This document shows positions 51,260 to 62,634 of a DNA stretch of 64,000 nt, in pieces (the stretch's first letter is position 1; each line of letters begins with the position of its first letter). The translations under genes and the position numbers were made by a program. This stretch comes from Octopus bimaculoides (lineage: Eukaryota): assembly GCF_001194135.2 (NCBI RefSeq), contig NC_068995.1, forward strand, positions 30,757,630-30,821,629, written 5' to 3'. Under the pieces are notes generated by a model that was not told the origin of the DNA, did not search any database, and saw only the letters and a program-made list of their open reading frames with translations.

Positions 51260-53771
51260 AACTGGGTTGAGAAGACTTGTACATGTGGAATGGGGTAGCG
51301 GTCAGGTGTAGTGTTTTTGTTGAGACGGCGATAATCTCCGCAAGATCACAAATTTCCGTTGGGTTTTGGTGCCACATGTAGAGGTGATGACCAAGAACTG
51401 TTTGATCGACAAACGATACCCAAAGCTTCCATATTGTCGAACTCGGTCCTCGCAATAGCAAGTTTGTCCGGTGGCAGACGACGCGCGTGAGTGTGTACTG
51501 GAGGGCCGGTAGTTGGGATGTGGTGTTTCACACCATGCCGAGTTGTGGTTTTGGAGAATGTCGGGGTAGTTAGATATGGGCGGTTCACAAGGAAGTCAGA
51601 GAACTCGTTCTTGGTATGAAAGACGGCTACTATGCGAGGGGCGGCATGTGCAGGTATTGCTAGAGAAATAGAGGTATAGGTGTTGTTGTTGACGAGTCGT
51701 CTCCCCTGAAGATCTACCAGCAGTGAAAGGGACCGAAGAAAGTCTGCTCCGATAATAGACTGGTGGACATCAGCGACGGTGAATGCCCATGTATACGCTT
51801 GTGAGCCGATGTGAAGGGAGATAATGCGGCGTCTGTACACTTTGATCGTGGAACCATTGGTAGCTGCTAAAGGCTGGCCGTGTTCTCCTTAATGGATGTC
51901 CCTTGCGGATGATAGCATAACGCTGACTTCTACTTCCGTGTCGATTGGGAATCTTCGCCAGGAGATCTGATTGTCGACATACAAGAGCAGTTGATATGTA
52001 TGCCGGTCACCAGGATGCTTAACGGCGGCTTGCTCTGAAGTTTCCCGGAGCTGATGTCAAAGAGCTCTTGACACTGTATGGTTGTTTACACTCGTTAGCT
52101 CTTGATCTGAACTTCTTGTGATAAAACACAAATCGCACCGTGTAACCTTACCATGTCTCGGGGCCGACCTTATGCCGTTGATCGTAACCCCGCTAGACAA
52201 AACTGATTTCCAGCTGCGGATCTTTCTGATTTGACGGGCAACACTTTTCATTTATGTTTTATGTAGTGTTTTTGGTACCGAAACACTTTCAAACTTCGTA
52301 TACTTGTATATTTTGTGTTATAGAACAGATAAAACATTTTGTATTCTAAGTTATTTCATGTAAACTAATTTTGTATTTGAAGTTATTTCATGTAAAAAAT
52401 TGTCGTATTTCGGTAATTTCAACCAATCACTGACGTCTATTGAGGTGAAAACAATTACTGCCGTGGAATGTAAACAGCATGTCTAACGGTGTCATGCGAT
52501 CTTTTTCCTTGAATAAAATTAGTGCCGTAGTTTGTCAACAACAACTATCCGTGGTACTGTTATTTATCACATCGTTCGTGCGCTTATACTGGTTTTAGCT
52601 TTAGGGTTTTAGTGTTAGGGTTCGGGTTTTAGAGTTAGGGTTAGTTTTAGGGTTACGGTTAGGGTTATGATTATTTTTGCCATAACCTCACTCATAACCC
52701 TAACCCTAAAACTCATAACCATAACCCTAACCCTAACTCTAAAACGCTTAACCCTTACTAGGGAATAATGATATAATTAAACAGGGAATAACACTCTTGA
52801 CACCGGCAAAAATTATTGTTTACAAAAACAGCTGTAACTGTATTCAGCTGAATAGACGTCAGTGATTGGTTGAAATTACAGAAATACGACAAGTTTAACA
52901 TGAAACAACTTGCAATATATAAATTTTTGTGTAGAAGGCTACGAGAAAAAGATGTTTTATATGACACATTCTACCAGTATCCCAAGTTTGAAAGTGTTTC
53001 GTTAAGAAAACAAGTGGTGCCCGTCAAATCAGAAAGATCCCCAGCTGCTCTCGCTAGCTCCCGTAGGTCCTTGATTTCTGTCTGGTTTATGGGGACTGGA
53101 CCTGGGGTGGCAATTTACGGAGGAATACCTCCCTAGATAAAAAGAAAGGTGATTCACCAGAGGGCACTATTACCAATATCCTGTCCATTACTTTGGAAAG
53201 CTTGGAATCGCCTAACCCCTCGATGTTCAATATCCTTACTGCCGCTTCCCGATCGCTAAATTGGAATGTTTCCACGAGTCTCGCATTTGTAACTGATGGT
53301 CTGGTTAGGATGTCTAACACCCTTGTGGCTGTGTCCTCATCCAGGGTTGCTGTTACATTAGAATATTTTGTCAGGTCCGAGCTGATGTTCCTGATGTTGA
53401 ACAGAGCCTCGATTTGTATGAACCATACCTCGGCTCGCTTTGGCCAAAATTGTGGGAGCTTAAGTGTGACGGCGTTCTCGCTTTTTATGATTGCGTGTTC
53501 GTGTGTTTTCCTTTTATTTCGGGGTCACCACTTATAGCTTTTGTAAAGCTTTACGTAAAAATAACCATGAACGAGATTGTGTTGAAGTGTTGCTTTTTCT
53601 GTATTAATCATTTACAACGTGAGAGAGAGCGCAATCCGGCATTCAAACCAGGATCTCGTTTTTGCCACCTAACCGGAAACCCCTTTTCAGCCGACGAGTT
53701 CGATACCTAGTCTGCAGTAAAAGTCCTCGTCTACAGTTCATCTCTTACGAGTTCATAGGCAATGTTCTACA
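51260..53771 (-). mobile_element. Decayed Gypsy (CsRn1-like) element: 5' LTR, PBS, gag, protease and start of RT
   Basis: PBS TGGTGACCCCG at 53530-53520; gag LKLPQFWPKRAEVWFIQIEA; ORF 51346-51840 IIGADFL...SSWSSPLHVAPK; CGDYRRLN. LTR limits approximate. Confidence 0.88.
52218..53040. mobile_element. 823 bp foldback DNA transposon (Merlin-like by GG termini and 8 bp TSD) with central head-to-head telomere-like arrays
   Basis: TIR GGATCTTTCTGATTTGACGGGCA at both ends; perfect TSD CCAGCTGC at 52210-52217 and 53041-53048; TTAGGG-like 52595-52668 and CCCTAA-like 52681-52756. Confidence 0.85.
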
Positions 53772-53779
53772 CTGGGTCC

Positions 53780-54350
53780 CGCTATCACTGAGGATATTTT
53801 CTGATGAATGTATTTCCTTAGCTTAACTAGGATGGCAGCCCCAAAGACTGGCTCTTCTCTTCGGAGCTAGAAAATATTTCAGCCGTCAACACCTACCCAT
53901 ACATTACAAGCCTCAAGTGAGGCCCATAATGGAGTACTATTACCATATCTGGGTGTTATTACAATATATGCAGACATCCTCGATTGCATCTAGAGAGTTA
54001 AAGAACTATCTTGACTGATTGATACTCCATCACTAATGTACCGACACTAGCCTCTCACCGTCGAGAATGCTATTTCCCCCCCTCCTCTCTCTCTTCTACT
54101 GCTATAATAGCCTCTCTTCAATAGAACTGTTTAGTGTTATGTCTCCAACTCTCAGGCACAACTCCATCCGTTCGCATTTCCATTTCCATCACCAGGCCCT
54201 GCACTAACAATTATGTTCAGTCCTTACTTTGCTTCCTAGAATTTTTTTCCTGCTCATATCTTTCTCGTGTGTCGACTTGTAACAGTTCAGGCAGACTGTT
54301 AACGACCTGCAAGCTCATGTGCACAGCCCTTTCTTCCAGATTCAGCAAGT
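53780..54350 (+). mobile_element. CR1-like LINE fragment, related to 35470-36520
   Basis: GARKYFSRQHL..HYKPQVRPIMEYYYHIW remnant. Confidence 0.7.
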
Positions 54351-55303
54351 AATGGGTGTGTAGCATCAGATTCGAATCTGCTTTTTGCTATATAGGAATT
54401 TCAACTCATAATTTTATCCCTGTTTGATCATGTGCGCAACCGATATCTTGTCCAATAAATGGCTATTGCTCCAGTGATAGTTCTGTAACTCGCCTGGAAC
54501 TTTCCGTGAATTATCATGAATTATCGTCAATAAAGGTGCCAATTTGGCAGAGTGTCGAGACGTTCAAGCTGGTATGACATTCTCCACTCTCGCCAGTTTT
54601 AGAATGTCTTGGGTCGAGCTTCGAATTACACTCTCTCTATAGCTGTTTTAACGGCTGCATATTCAATCGAGGATATCGAAGACGACATGGTACGGCACCT
54701 GTTTATTTGCTTAATATGTCAAAACCAACCAGTCCTAGTGTTAAACTTCGAACAGATATTTTCTTTGCATGTCATATGCTTAGTGTTTCCATTCATGGTA
54801 ATGCACGAACATCTTTTCATACAAGTACAACACAATAAATTATGTTCAAATGCATACACGGTGTTCTGGAATTACTACACGAATTTTTCTGCTAACTTCG
54901 TTAACACGTAGCCTAAACAATATCCAGTTACCCATCAAACTTCGTTATGTGTGTATGTGTGAGTGCGCGTCTTTCAAACCTGCTCCGTTAATAAAACAGT
55001 TTCATCTATTAATAACAACTACACTACCTTTACTGAGACACGTGACCGACTGTTGCATTAAATTATGGAAAATAACATAAGCTTGTAATCAGTTACTGTT
55101 AAATCAAACACGTGCTTGCTGTAATTTAGAGAATGTAAGTCCTCTCTAAAGAAGCACTAAGGATGTCTTCAATGCATAAATAGATTTTAAAATATATAAA
55201 TATACATTACTCATACGGAAGAGGAAAAAAGACCGGTAAAATGCGTGTACATTTATACAAATTTGTAGTTTTTATACATCTGTCTGTGTAATCCTTTATC
55301 TTC

Positions 55304-55918
55304 ATTGGAAATAAACTGACTTTAGCGAGAGCAACAACTGTTATTAACGAAACACAGGGTTCGCGGAAACTTATAGTTGTTTTGTATTATTAATACTTTT
55401 CTTAACAGATGCGGAAAAATAAAAACAAATTTCAAGCTACCCTAGAAGATCGCATAAAAAACATTCCTTCTTTTATATGAACCGTTCTGTAATGACGTCA
55501 CTACATTAGAAATAAGTTTTATGTTATCTTCTTCGTAAATATTATTACATGAATTAAAATCGACACTGCATACAAACATGTATCTATACTCAATGGAATT
55601 CATAAAATATGATTTGTAGCAAAGAAGAAAAAAATATTTAAAAGGTGTAAAGCAAATTAATGAGTTCAGTAATAGTGTTTCTTGGTCGCAATTCATGAAA
55701 CACGTGCATGAAACGTGACAACATCAAGGTCAATGTTTTTTTATCAGCTCAATTCAGTCTGGCCACCAACCTTAATTTCATAATGTTTTTTCCTCTGCTC
55801 ACGTTTTGTTAACGCTTTGCCGCTGTTACTAATTCACTTGTTTCCAATTAATTTTAAACACAAAGTTTATTTCATACTGTATGTTTTAAGTTTCTATTCG
55901 TTATATTTTCCTTTGCTC
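55304..55918 (+). repeat. Duplicated segment, copy 2
   Basis: See copy 1. Contains TGACGTCA 55493-55500, CACGTG 55701-55706 and AACGTG 55712-55717. Confidence 0.95.
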
Positions 55919-56562
55919 TGGAACGAAGTCAAATTTTTATCTCCTCTTCAGTTATGTAAATCAATAAATTTGAAGACAGGTAGTTGGATATTTATTGTAC
56001 TTTTAACAACTACATTTGTGTGTGTTGTTATTTTCATCCCCTTTTATCTAGATATATTCGAAAGCTAAGGTTTGAATGAGGATGGCTGCACGCATTATAT
56101 GAAGTTTAGTTTATTCACATAATAATTTATTCACAAAACTGAGAATGTTGGCCACCAAGCCGAGTTTTACACTCTAGAATCTCTCAAGTGACGCTACCCA
56201 AAATTGTTGAATTAACATTCAATAGTTTCGAATGGTGATCAAAATCTTTATACAAAGACATGCATGTGTACAGACGCACGCACACACATGCATGCATCGA
56301 TCCTTCCGCCCGTCCATCCAGCCATACATACATACATTCATGCATGCAAAGTAGTTTTTACATTATTTCGCCAATAAAAGCATATCGATTATATTTTACT
56401 TTTATTAAATAATTGATTTGTCACCACAACTAGCCTTTGCAGTTATTTCTCCTTGGTTGTCTTAATGTTAGTGGCTCTAGAATTTATAATAGCGAGTGTT
56501 CAGATGTTGTCGGTGCCACTTTAGGTCTACCTGGTCATTTACGCTTTAGTATGCAGTTTAAC

Positions 56563-57036
56563 ACTAACCCTAACTCTAATCCTAAGCCCAACCCAAACCT
56601 AAGCATTAACCTTAACCCTAAACCCTAACTTTACCCAAACCTAAACTCTAACCTTAACCTTAACGCTAAACCCTAAACCAGTGGTTTCCAAAGTGGGCAG
56701 TACTGCCCTCAGGGGCCGGTGGAAAGATCCAACGTTGAAGAAAAGAAAGGTGATAATGGGGTACCGAAAAGGGAGTGATATATGTAAAAACAACAAAATA
56801 ATAGGTTAATTAGGTTAAGTTTTATTTGTGAAAAACTTGTTTTGAATTTGTTGCAGAAAGTTTGTTCTGGTCGGGGTGGGGGAGGTGCTAAGAATGTGAC
56901 CTGAGTGCCAATGGGGCAGCTGTCCCAAAATGTTTGGGAGCCATTGCCCTAAACCCTAACTCCAATCTTGACCCTAATCCTAACCCTAACCTGACCCTTA
57001 AACTCTAACCCTAAATCTTAACCCTAATCCTAACCC
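56563..57036. repeat. Degenerate interstitial (CCCTAA)n array interrupted by a hAT MITE
   Basis: Many CCCTAA/CCTTAA/CTCTAA units on both sides of the insertion. Confidence 0.85.
56679..56946. mobile_element. hAT (Charlie-like) MITE
   Basis: CAGTGGTTTCCAAA ... TTTGGGAGCCATTG termini, perfect 8 bp TSD CCCTAAAC. Confidence 0.88.
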
Positions 57037-58353
57037 AGATCAAGCCATTTCAGTGTAGACTATGGATACTGCAGTAAACTGCATGTTAAAGTAGTATATG
57101 TATATACTTGTTTATTGATTTTCTCAGCTGAGCAGATCACAGCTTTGGAATTTGTGTTTATAGCTCATCTCATTTCATAGCACAGACAGCCATCTGTAAG
57201 TGCAGGAAGGCTCACCAGTCTGTCTAGGCAGCCAGATTATACTCATTGACATAAATTAAGACTAGTTTACATTTCTCTGGTGTTATTCACCATTTAACAA
57301 ATATATATTGTGCTTACTACAAAGTAGAAGATGGCCTCAAAATATCTCTTTGATAATCATGCAACAAATAAAGGTAGCTACTTAGTTAAAAAATGACAGG
57401 TTATAGTTCATCCATGCACACATAAGATACCTGTATGCATATCTCTTTAATATGTGGGGCTGCATGTACATACATACATATCTTTTAAGTTCGTTTATGG
57501 TAATGTTAAGGGTATGCAAATAAAGCTTCTGTTTCATTACGCCGGCTACCATCTAATGATACTGACTAGTGAGTCAGTTTTTTGGGGTTACATCATGGTT
57601 ATACTGATATAATGTAGGATAAATATAATAATAGCAATAATTCTAGGATGGAATTTATAAATATTTAATACATTGCTATGCGTGTTTCCACAAATCACAT
57701 GACTTTAACATCAGAACCTGTATCCTTGGGATGAGTACAGTATAGTCCGTATTATCCTTGAGCATCTGGTTGATCATCATCATTGATTCATTTCATCAGG
57801 TAATACTGCTTTAGTGGTTGAATCACAGAGGCCAATCTAGCTATGTGGGTATTTCTGTGTGTACTTGGTGGTGGGGTGGGTGGGAGTAGGGGAAGGAATG
57901 ATAGTAATATGGGGATGTAGGTGTTTGTGGTGGTGTTGGATTTATTTGCTATTCATTCTGCAGATTTTAAGAATGGTCATTCATTCAGCAGATTTAAGGA
58001 TGGTAACTCAATAGGTGGTCAGCTGCTATACAGTGGGGTTTGTTCCCTGAATTGATTAATACCTCCCCTCTTATGGTGACTTTTTCACTGTTTCTGTTGT
58101 TATAGTGTATATCATCTTAAACATTGGTATGTTCATTTATTTGTTTGGGTTCCTTCATATATACATACATACATGCATGCATACATACATACATACAATA
58201 TATACATACATAAATACATATGTGTGTGTTAGCATATTCGCCTAAAGGTGAATATGCTAACACACTCACACACAAAAAAAAATGCATGCTGCTGTATTAG
58301 TCTATAATGAACACTCAATCTATTAGGATGTAAAGATAAATATGTCAATTTTA

Positions 58354-58440
58354 GCCCTGAAGAGATTTCTGCCATCAGAACTCATAATACAATTATTAAT
58401 TGTATAATAAATGATGATGGATATCGAAACGATTGTAGGC
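58354..58440 (+). ncRNA. Minimal type I hammerhead ribozyme with long stem II
   Basis: GCC-CTGAAGA-GAT...CCATCA...TGATGG..ATC-GAAAC-GATT-GTA-GGC; stem I only 3 bp. Confidence 0.6.
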
Positions 58441-58574
58441 ATTACATAATCGACAGTTATGTAAATAAATTGATTTTGCTGTATTCAAACTCTCTATTTT
58501 CTTTATATTATACCATAATTATTTGGAAGAAAGTCTATACTAAAACAGCCATACTCTCTTCCTTCAGGGGAACC

Positions 58575-59290
58575 GCTCACGGCATCCAATAATATCAGAG
58601 GTCTGGGTGTAATTGTCGATAACAATCTCAATTGTAGTGCCCACATCTACAATAAGGTCAATATAGCTCATAGGATGAGCTCCTGGATCTTAAGAACCTT
58701 CCGGTCCAGAGAACAAGGTGTCATCATTCCACTTTTCTCCTCTTTTGTACGGCCACACCTCGAATACTGCTGCCCCTTGTGGTCTCCCCATACAAAACAA
58801 AACATCTCGAGGATTGAATCACCCCAAAGGGCACTCACTAAACGAATTGAAGGCATGACTGATCTCAATTACTGGGACCACCTTAGAGCCCTGAAGCTCT
58901 ACTCTCTCCAGCACTGCCATGAGCGGTACATCATCTGTACAATGTGAAGAATATACTGCCAGCATTGTCCAAACGACCTGAACATTAGTTTCAAGGTTCA
59001 TCCAAGGCTGGGACCACAGGCCATACGTACCCTGCCCAATTCAGGAACACAACATATAGGTACATTGCGGCATAATTTCTTTTCTTCAACAGGCCCTCCC
59101 CTATTTAACATTGTCCCAAAACAGATAAAAGAGGAAAAGGATTCTATCAGCTTTAAACAGAGTCTAGACAGATTTCTTCAAGGAATACCAGATAAGCCAC
59201 CCATACCTGGATACAACTCACTACTTGAATGGACCATAAACAAAACTTGACTTAAAAAGAAGTTAGATAATCCTATCAGATGGTGCTATT
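58575..59290 (+). mobile_element. CR1-clade LINE 3' end
   Basis: LGVIVD..WILRTFRSR..LFSSFVRPHLEYCCPLWSPH..., GPPLFNIVPK..FKQSLDRFLQGIPDKP. Confidence 0.9.
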
Positions 59291-59626
59291 AAGTTAGACA
59301 TGGCCTGGACCAATCTTTGGTCGAAACATATCTAAGTTTATATATATATAAAACTATATACACACACACACACCGAATGATGCAATAAACAATTGAAACC
59401 ACTTGGGATAGGAGTGACTCTGTGGTAAGAAGCTTGCTTCCCAACACCATGGTTCTGGGTTCAGTACCATTACATGGCACCTTGGGCAAGTGTCTTGTAC
59501 TATAGCCTCAGGCCAACGAAAGTCTTGTGAGTGGATTTGGTAGATGGAAACTGAAAGAAGCCCATCGTATATGTATATATATATATATTTGGTTAAAATG
59601 TCTTACGTTTAAGCTGGTTCCCATGC

Positions 59627-59713
59627 ATTTCCCTGAAGAGAAGATTACATTTGTAACATTGCCGATTCCTATGGAAGGTATAATTTGTAATCTTCGAAAC
59701 ATATGTTGGAAAT
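59627..59713 (+). ncRNA. Minimal type I hammerhead ribozyme
   Basis: ATTTCC-CTGAAGA-GAAGATTACA...TGTAATCTTC-GAAAC-ATAT-GTT-GGAAAT: 6 bp stem I, perfect 10 bp stem II, palindromic ACATATGT stem III, GUU triplet. Confidence 0.75.
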
Positions 59714-59947
59714 AAAAGTATGCAGTTAACAAATGCGTTTTACTCCATTCATTAAATTTATATATACTCAAGTACCCAAAATATCAAGGAGTTTCTATCT
59801 CATAAACAGGAGTTACACCACAGTTATTTTGTGATCTTTGCTACCCTGGTATCTATTAACCAATTTATTTTGTCCGAGTTATTTATTAATTAGGAGAAAA
59901 TAAATACATATAATAATAATAATATATATATATATATATATGTATAT

Positions 59948-60375
59948 AGGCGCAGGAGTGGCTGTGTGGTAAGTAGCTTGCTTACCAACCACATGGTTCC
60001 GGGTTCATTCCCACTGCGTTGCACTTTGGGCAAGTGTCTTCTACTATAGCCTCGGGTCGACCAAAGCCTTGNNNNNNNNNNNNNNNNNNNNNNNNNNNNN
60101 NNNNNNNNNNNNNNNNNNNNNNNNNNNNAAGCCTTGTGAGTGGATTTAGTAGATGGAAACTGAAAGAAGCCTGTTGTATATATGGATGTGTGTGCATATG
60201 TTTGTGTGTCTGTGTTTGTCCCTCCAACATCGCTTGACAACTGATGGTGATGTGTTTACGTCCCTGTAACTTAGCGGTTCGGCAAAAGTACAAAGAATAA
60301 GTCCTGGGGTTGATTTGTTCAGCTAAAGGCAGTGTTCCAGCATGGCCACAGTCAAATGATTGAAACAAGTAAAAA
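59948..60375 (+). mobile_element. Near-intact tRNA-derived SINE family A
   Basis: A box TGGCTGTGTGG, B box GGTTCATTCCC, body and 3' end as in other copies. Probably one of the described octopus SINE families; not verified. Confidence 0.88.
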
Positions 60376-60804
60376 AAAAAAAGAATATATACATGTAAGC
60401 AGAAAGAAAACAAACTAAAAACATTCATTGTCTGAATATTTTCAGTCTTTACGTTCTACATGCATATTTTGTATACCCAACCCAAGTGGTTTCATATGTT
60501 TGTATCTTTATCTCCATATCTGCTCATTTGGATTCCTCATATAGCCACTCATTATCCCATGGACTTAGTCCTTGGTAAAGATTTTGGCAAGTAAGTTCAA
60601 ACCATTTGAGCAATACTATGTGTTTTCTATATTGAGCATCTCTGGATCTCATTTGTTAACTCTCTCTCTCTCTCTCTACACACACATATATATATATATA
60701 TATATTGTCCTGTGCCCAGATATGCACCTATACATACAGGTGGATGTCGGTATGCACATACCTGTACATATATATGCATATACTCATTTACTATTTGTTT
60801 ATAC

Positions 60805-60841
<37 letters not shown>

Positions 60842-61165
60842 TAAAAAAAAATTTATATATATGTGTGTGTGTGTGTATACACATTCATACTCAGGTGAGC
60901 ACATAAGTGTAAAACAAGGTGGAAAAAATAGTATTTGAATTGAATACCAAATATACTTTTATTAAAGCTGCAAAATTATCACAAAACTTTTACTCAGAAT
61001 TTCATGTTCCCGTTTGTTGAACAGTTGTGAGAAAAAGTTTTCATGACTACTGCCCAACAAATGGATATGTAAAACTGTATCAGTTTTGTGATAAGCTGCA
61101 AGATTATCACAAAACTGATAATCTTGCAGCTTTAATAAAAGTGCATATGTATGTATATATATACA

Positions 61166-61230
<65 letters not shown>

Positions 61231-61689
61231 AAAACAAGTGAATAGGTTATCTGGTGCTACTAACAATTATCTCATTGAGCATTTTTATTGTGATATAAAC
61301 ATGGTACAATCAGGAATGTAGTATGCACAACATCCATAAGAATATGTAATACATGACTCAACTCTCAATCAACAAATTACTGTTCACTTGTATGTATGTA
61401 CGTAATTGTGTATGTGTGTGTGTGTATGTATGTGTATGTGTGTATGTATAGTTCAAATTTACAGAAAACGAAAGATGAAGACAGGTGAGGGAACAAGAAG
61501 TAGGTGTATTATTTTAATGCTCAGGTAGAATGGAAAAGTTTTTGATGTCTTGAGCCTACGCCCTTCGGCAGAAAGGATTGAGAGGAGAAAAATGGAGGGA
61601 GAGCATACTTACAGATTTGATTAAAGGAGATGTATTAGGGATCTAGGCATATCAAAGTGAAGGATGCCACAATCAATGACTAGAAAGAA

Positions 61690-62404
61690 TGACATAAATC
61701 AGACTGTTAAGTAATCCATTACCACAGCTTGGAATGCATTGATGAAGGGAAGTTCATTGTTGTTTGTTAATCCGCAACTTCAACAGTATCAAAAGATGAA
61801 TGAAAGTGTGATGTAAAAATGTACTGCTAATAATTGTTTTGTTAAGAGTTCTTATAGTGACATAAACATAGTACAGTCAGGTGGGAGACTCAGGAAAACA
61901 TGGTACAAAGTATTGAACACTGATCTCAAAATGTTGAGCCTTATGAAGGAGATGACGGAGGACCAAGATATATGACACATTACTGTACTTAAGAAGACTC
62001 ATCCACCACAACAGAACTGAGATCCTAAAACCAAGGTGCTACATGAAAAGTATTGGTGTGGGTGCTGGTCCATATAAAAAGGTTTGGTGCTGGTGTCACG
62101 TAAAAAGCATTGGTGATGGTGCCTTCTAAAAAGCACCCAGTATACTCTGTAAAGTAGTTGGTGTTATGAAGGGTATCTAGTGATAGAAACCAAGCAAAAT
62201 AGACTATGGAACTGGTACAGCTCCTGGGCTTGTCAGTTTCTGTCAATCTGTCCAACCCATGACAGCATGGAAAATGGATGTTAAATGATGATGATGGTAA
62301 GGATGATGATGATGATGATGGTGGTGGTGATGGTGGTGGTGGTGATAATGATGATGACGATGACAATGATGACGACAGCGGCAGTGGTGGTGATGATGAT
62401 GATG
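61690..62404 (+). mobile_element. RTE-LINE 3' end followed by an expanded (GAT/GGT)n repeat
   Basis: GRLRKTWYKVLNTDLKMLSLMKEMTED..., then the same 3' UTR as 22760-23040. Confidence 0.8.
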
Positions 62405-62634
62405 AATGCATCACTGAGCTCTCAAATCATCAGGCTTAGTACATATACAAGTGAACAGTGAGTTGTTGATTGAGAGTTGAGTCATGTATTACATATTCTT
62501 ATGGATGTTGTGCATACTACATTCTTGATTGTACCATGTTTATATCACAATAAAAATTCTCAATGAAATAATTGTTAGTAGCACCAGATAACCTATTCAC
62601 TTGTTCTTATTATATATACTACATATGTGGAAAA

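Noticed and set aside
52595-52756. True chromosome fusion site
   Set aside because: The arrays lie inside a TIR element with a perfect TSD that interrupts a Gypsy gag, so they arrived by transposition.
3304-58465. Scattered D-box matches TTAYGTAA (3304, 19271, 42419, 53551, 55952, 58442)
   Set aside because: The number is no more than expected in AT-rich DNA.
60061-60140. Apparent duplication AAGCCTTG on both sides of a gap in the SINE
   Set aside because: Overlapping contig ends; the gap is probably artificial.
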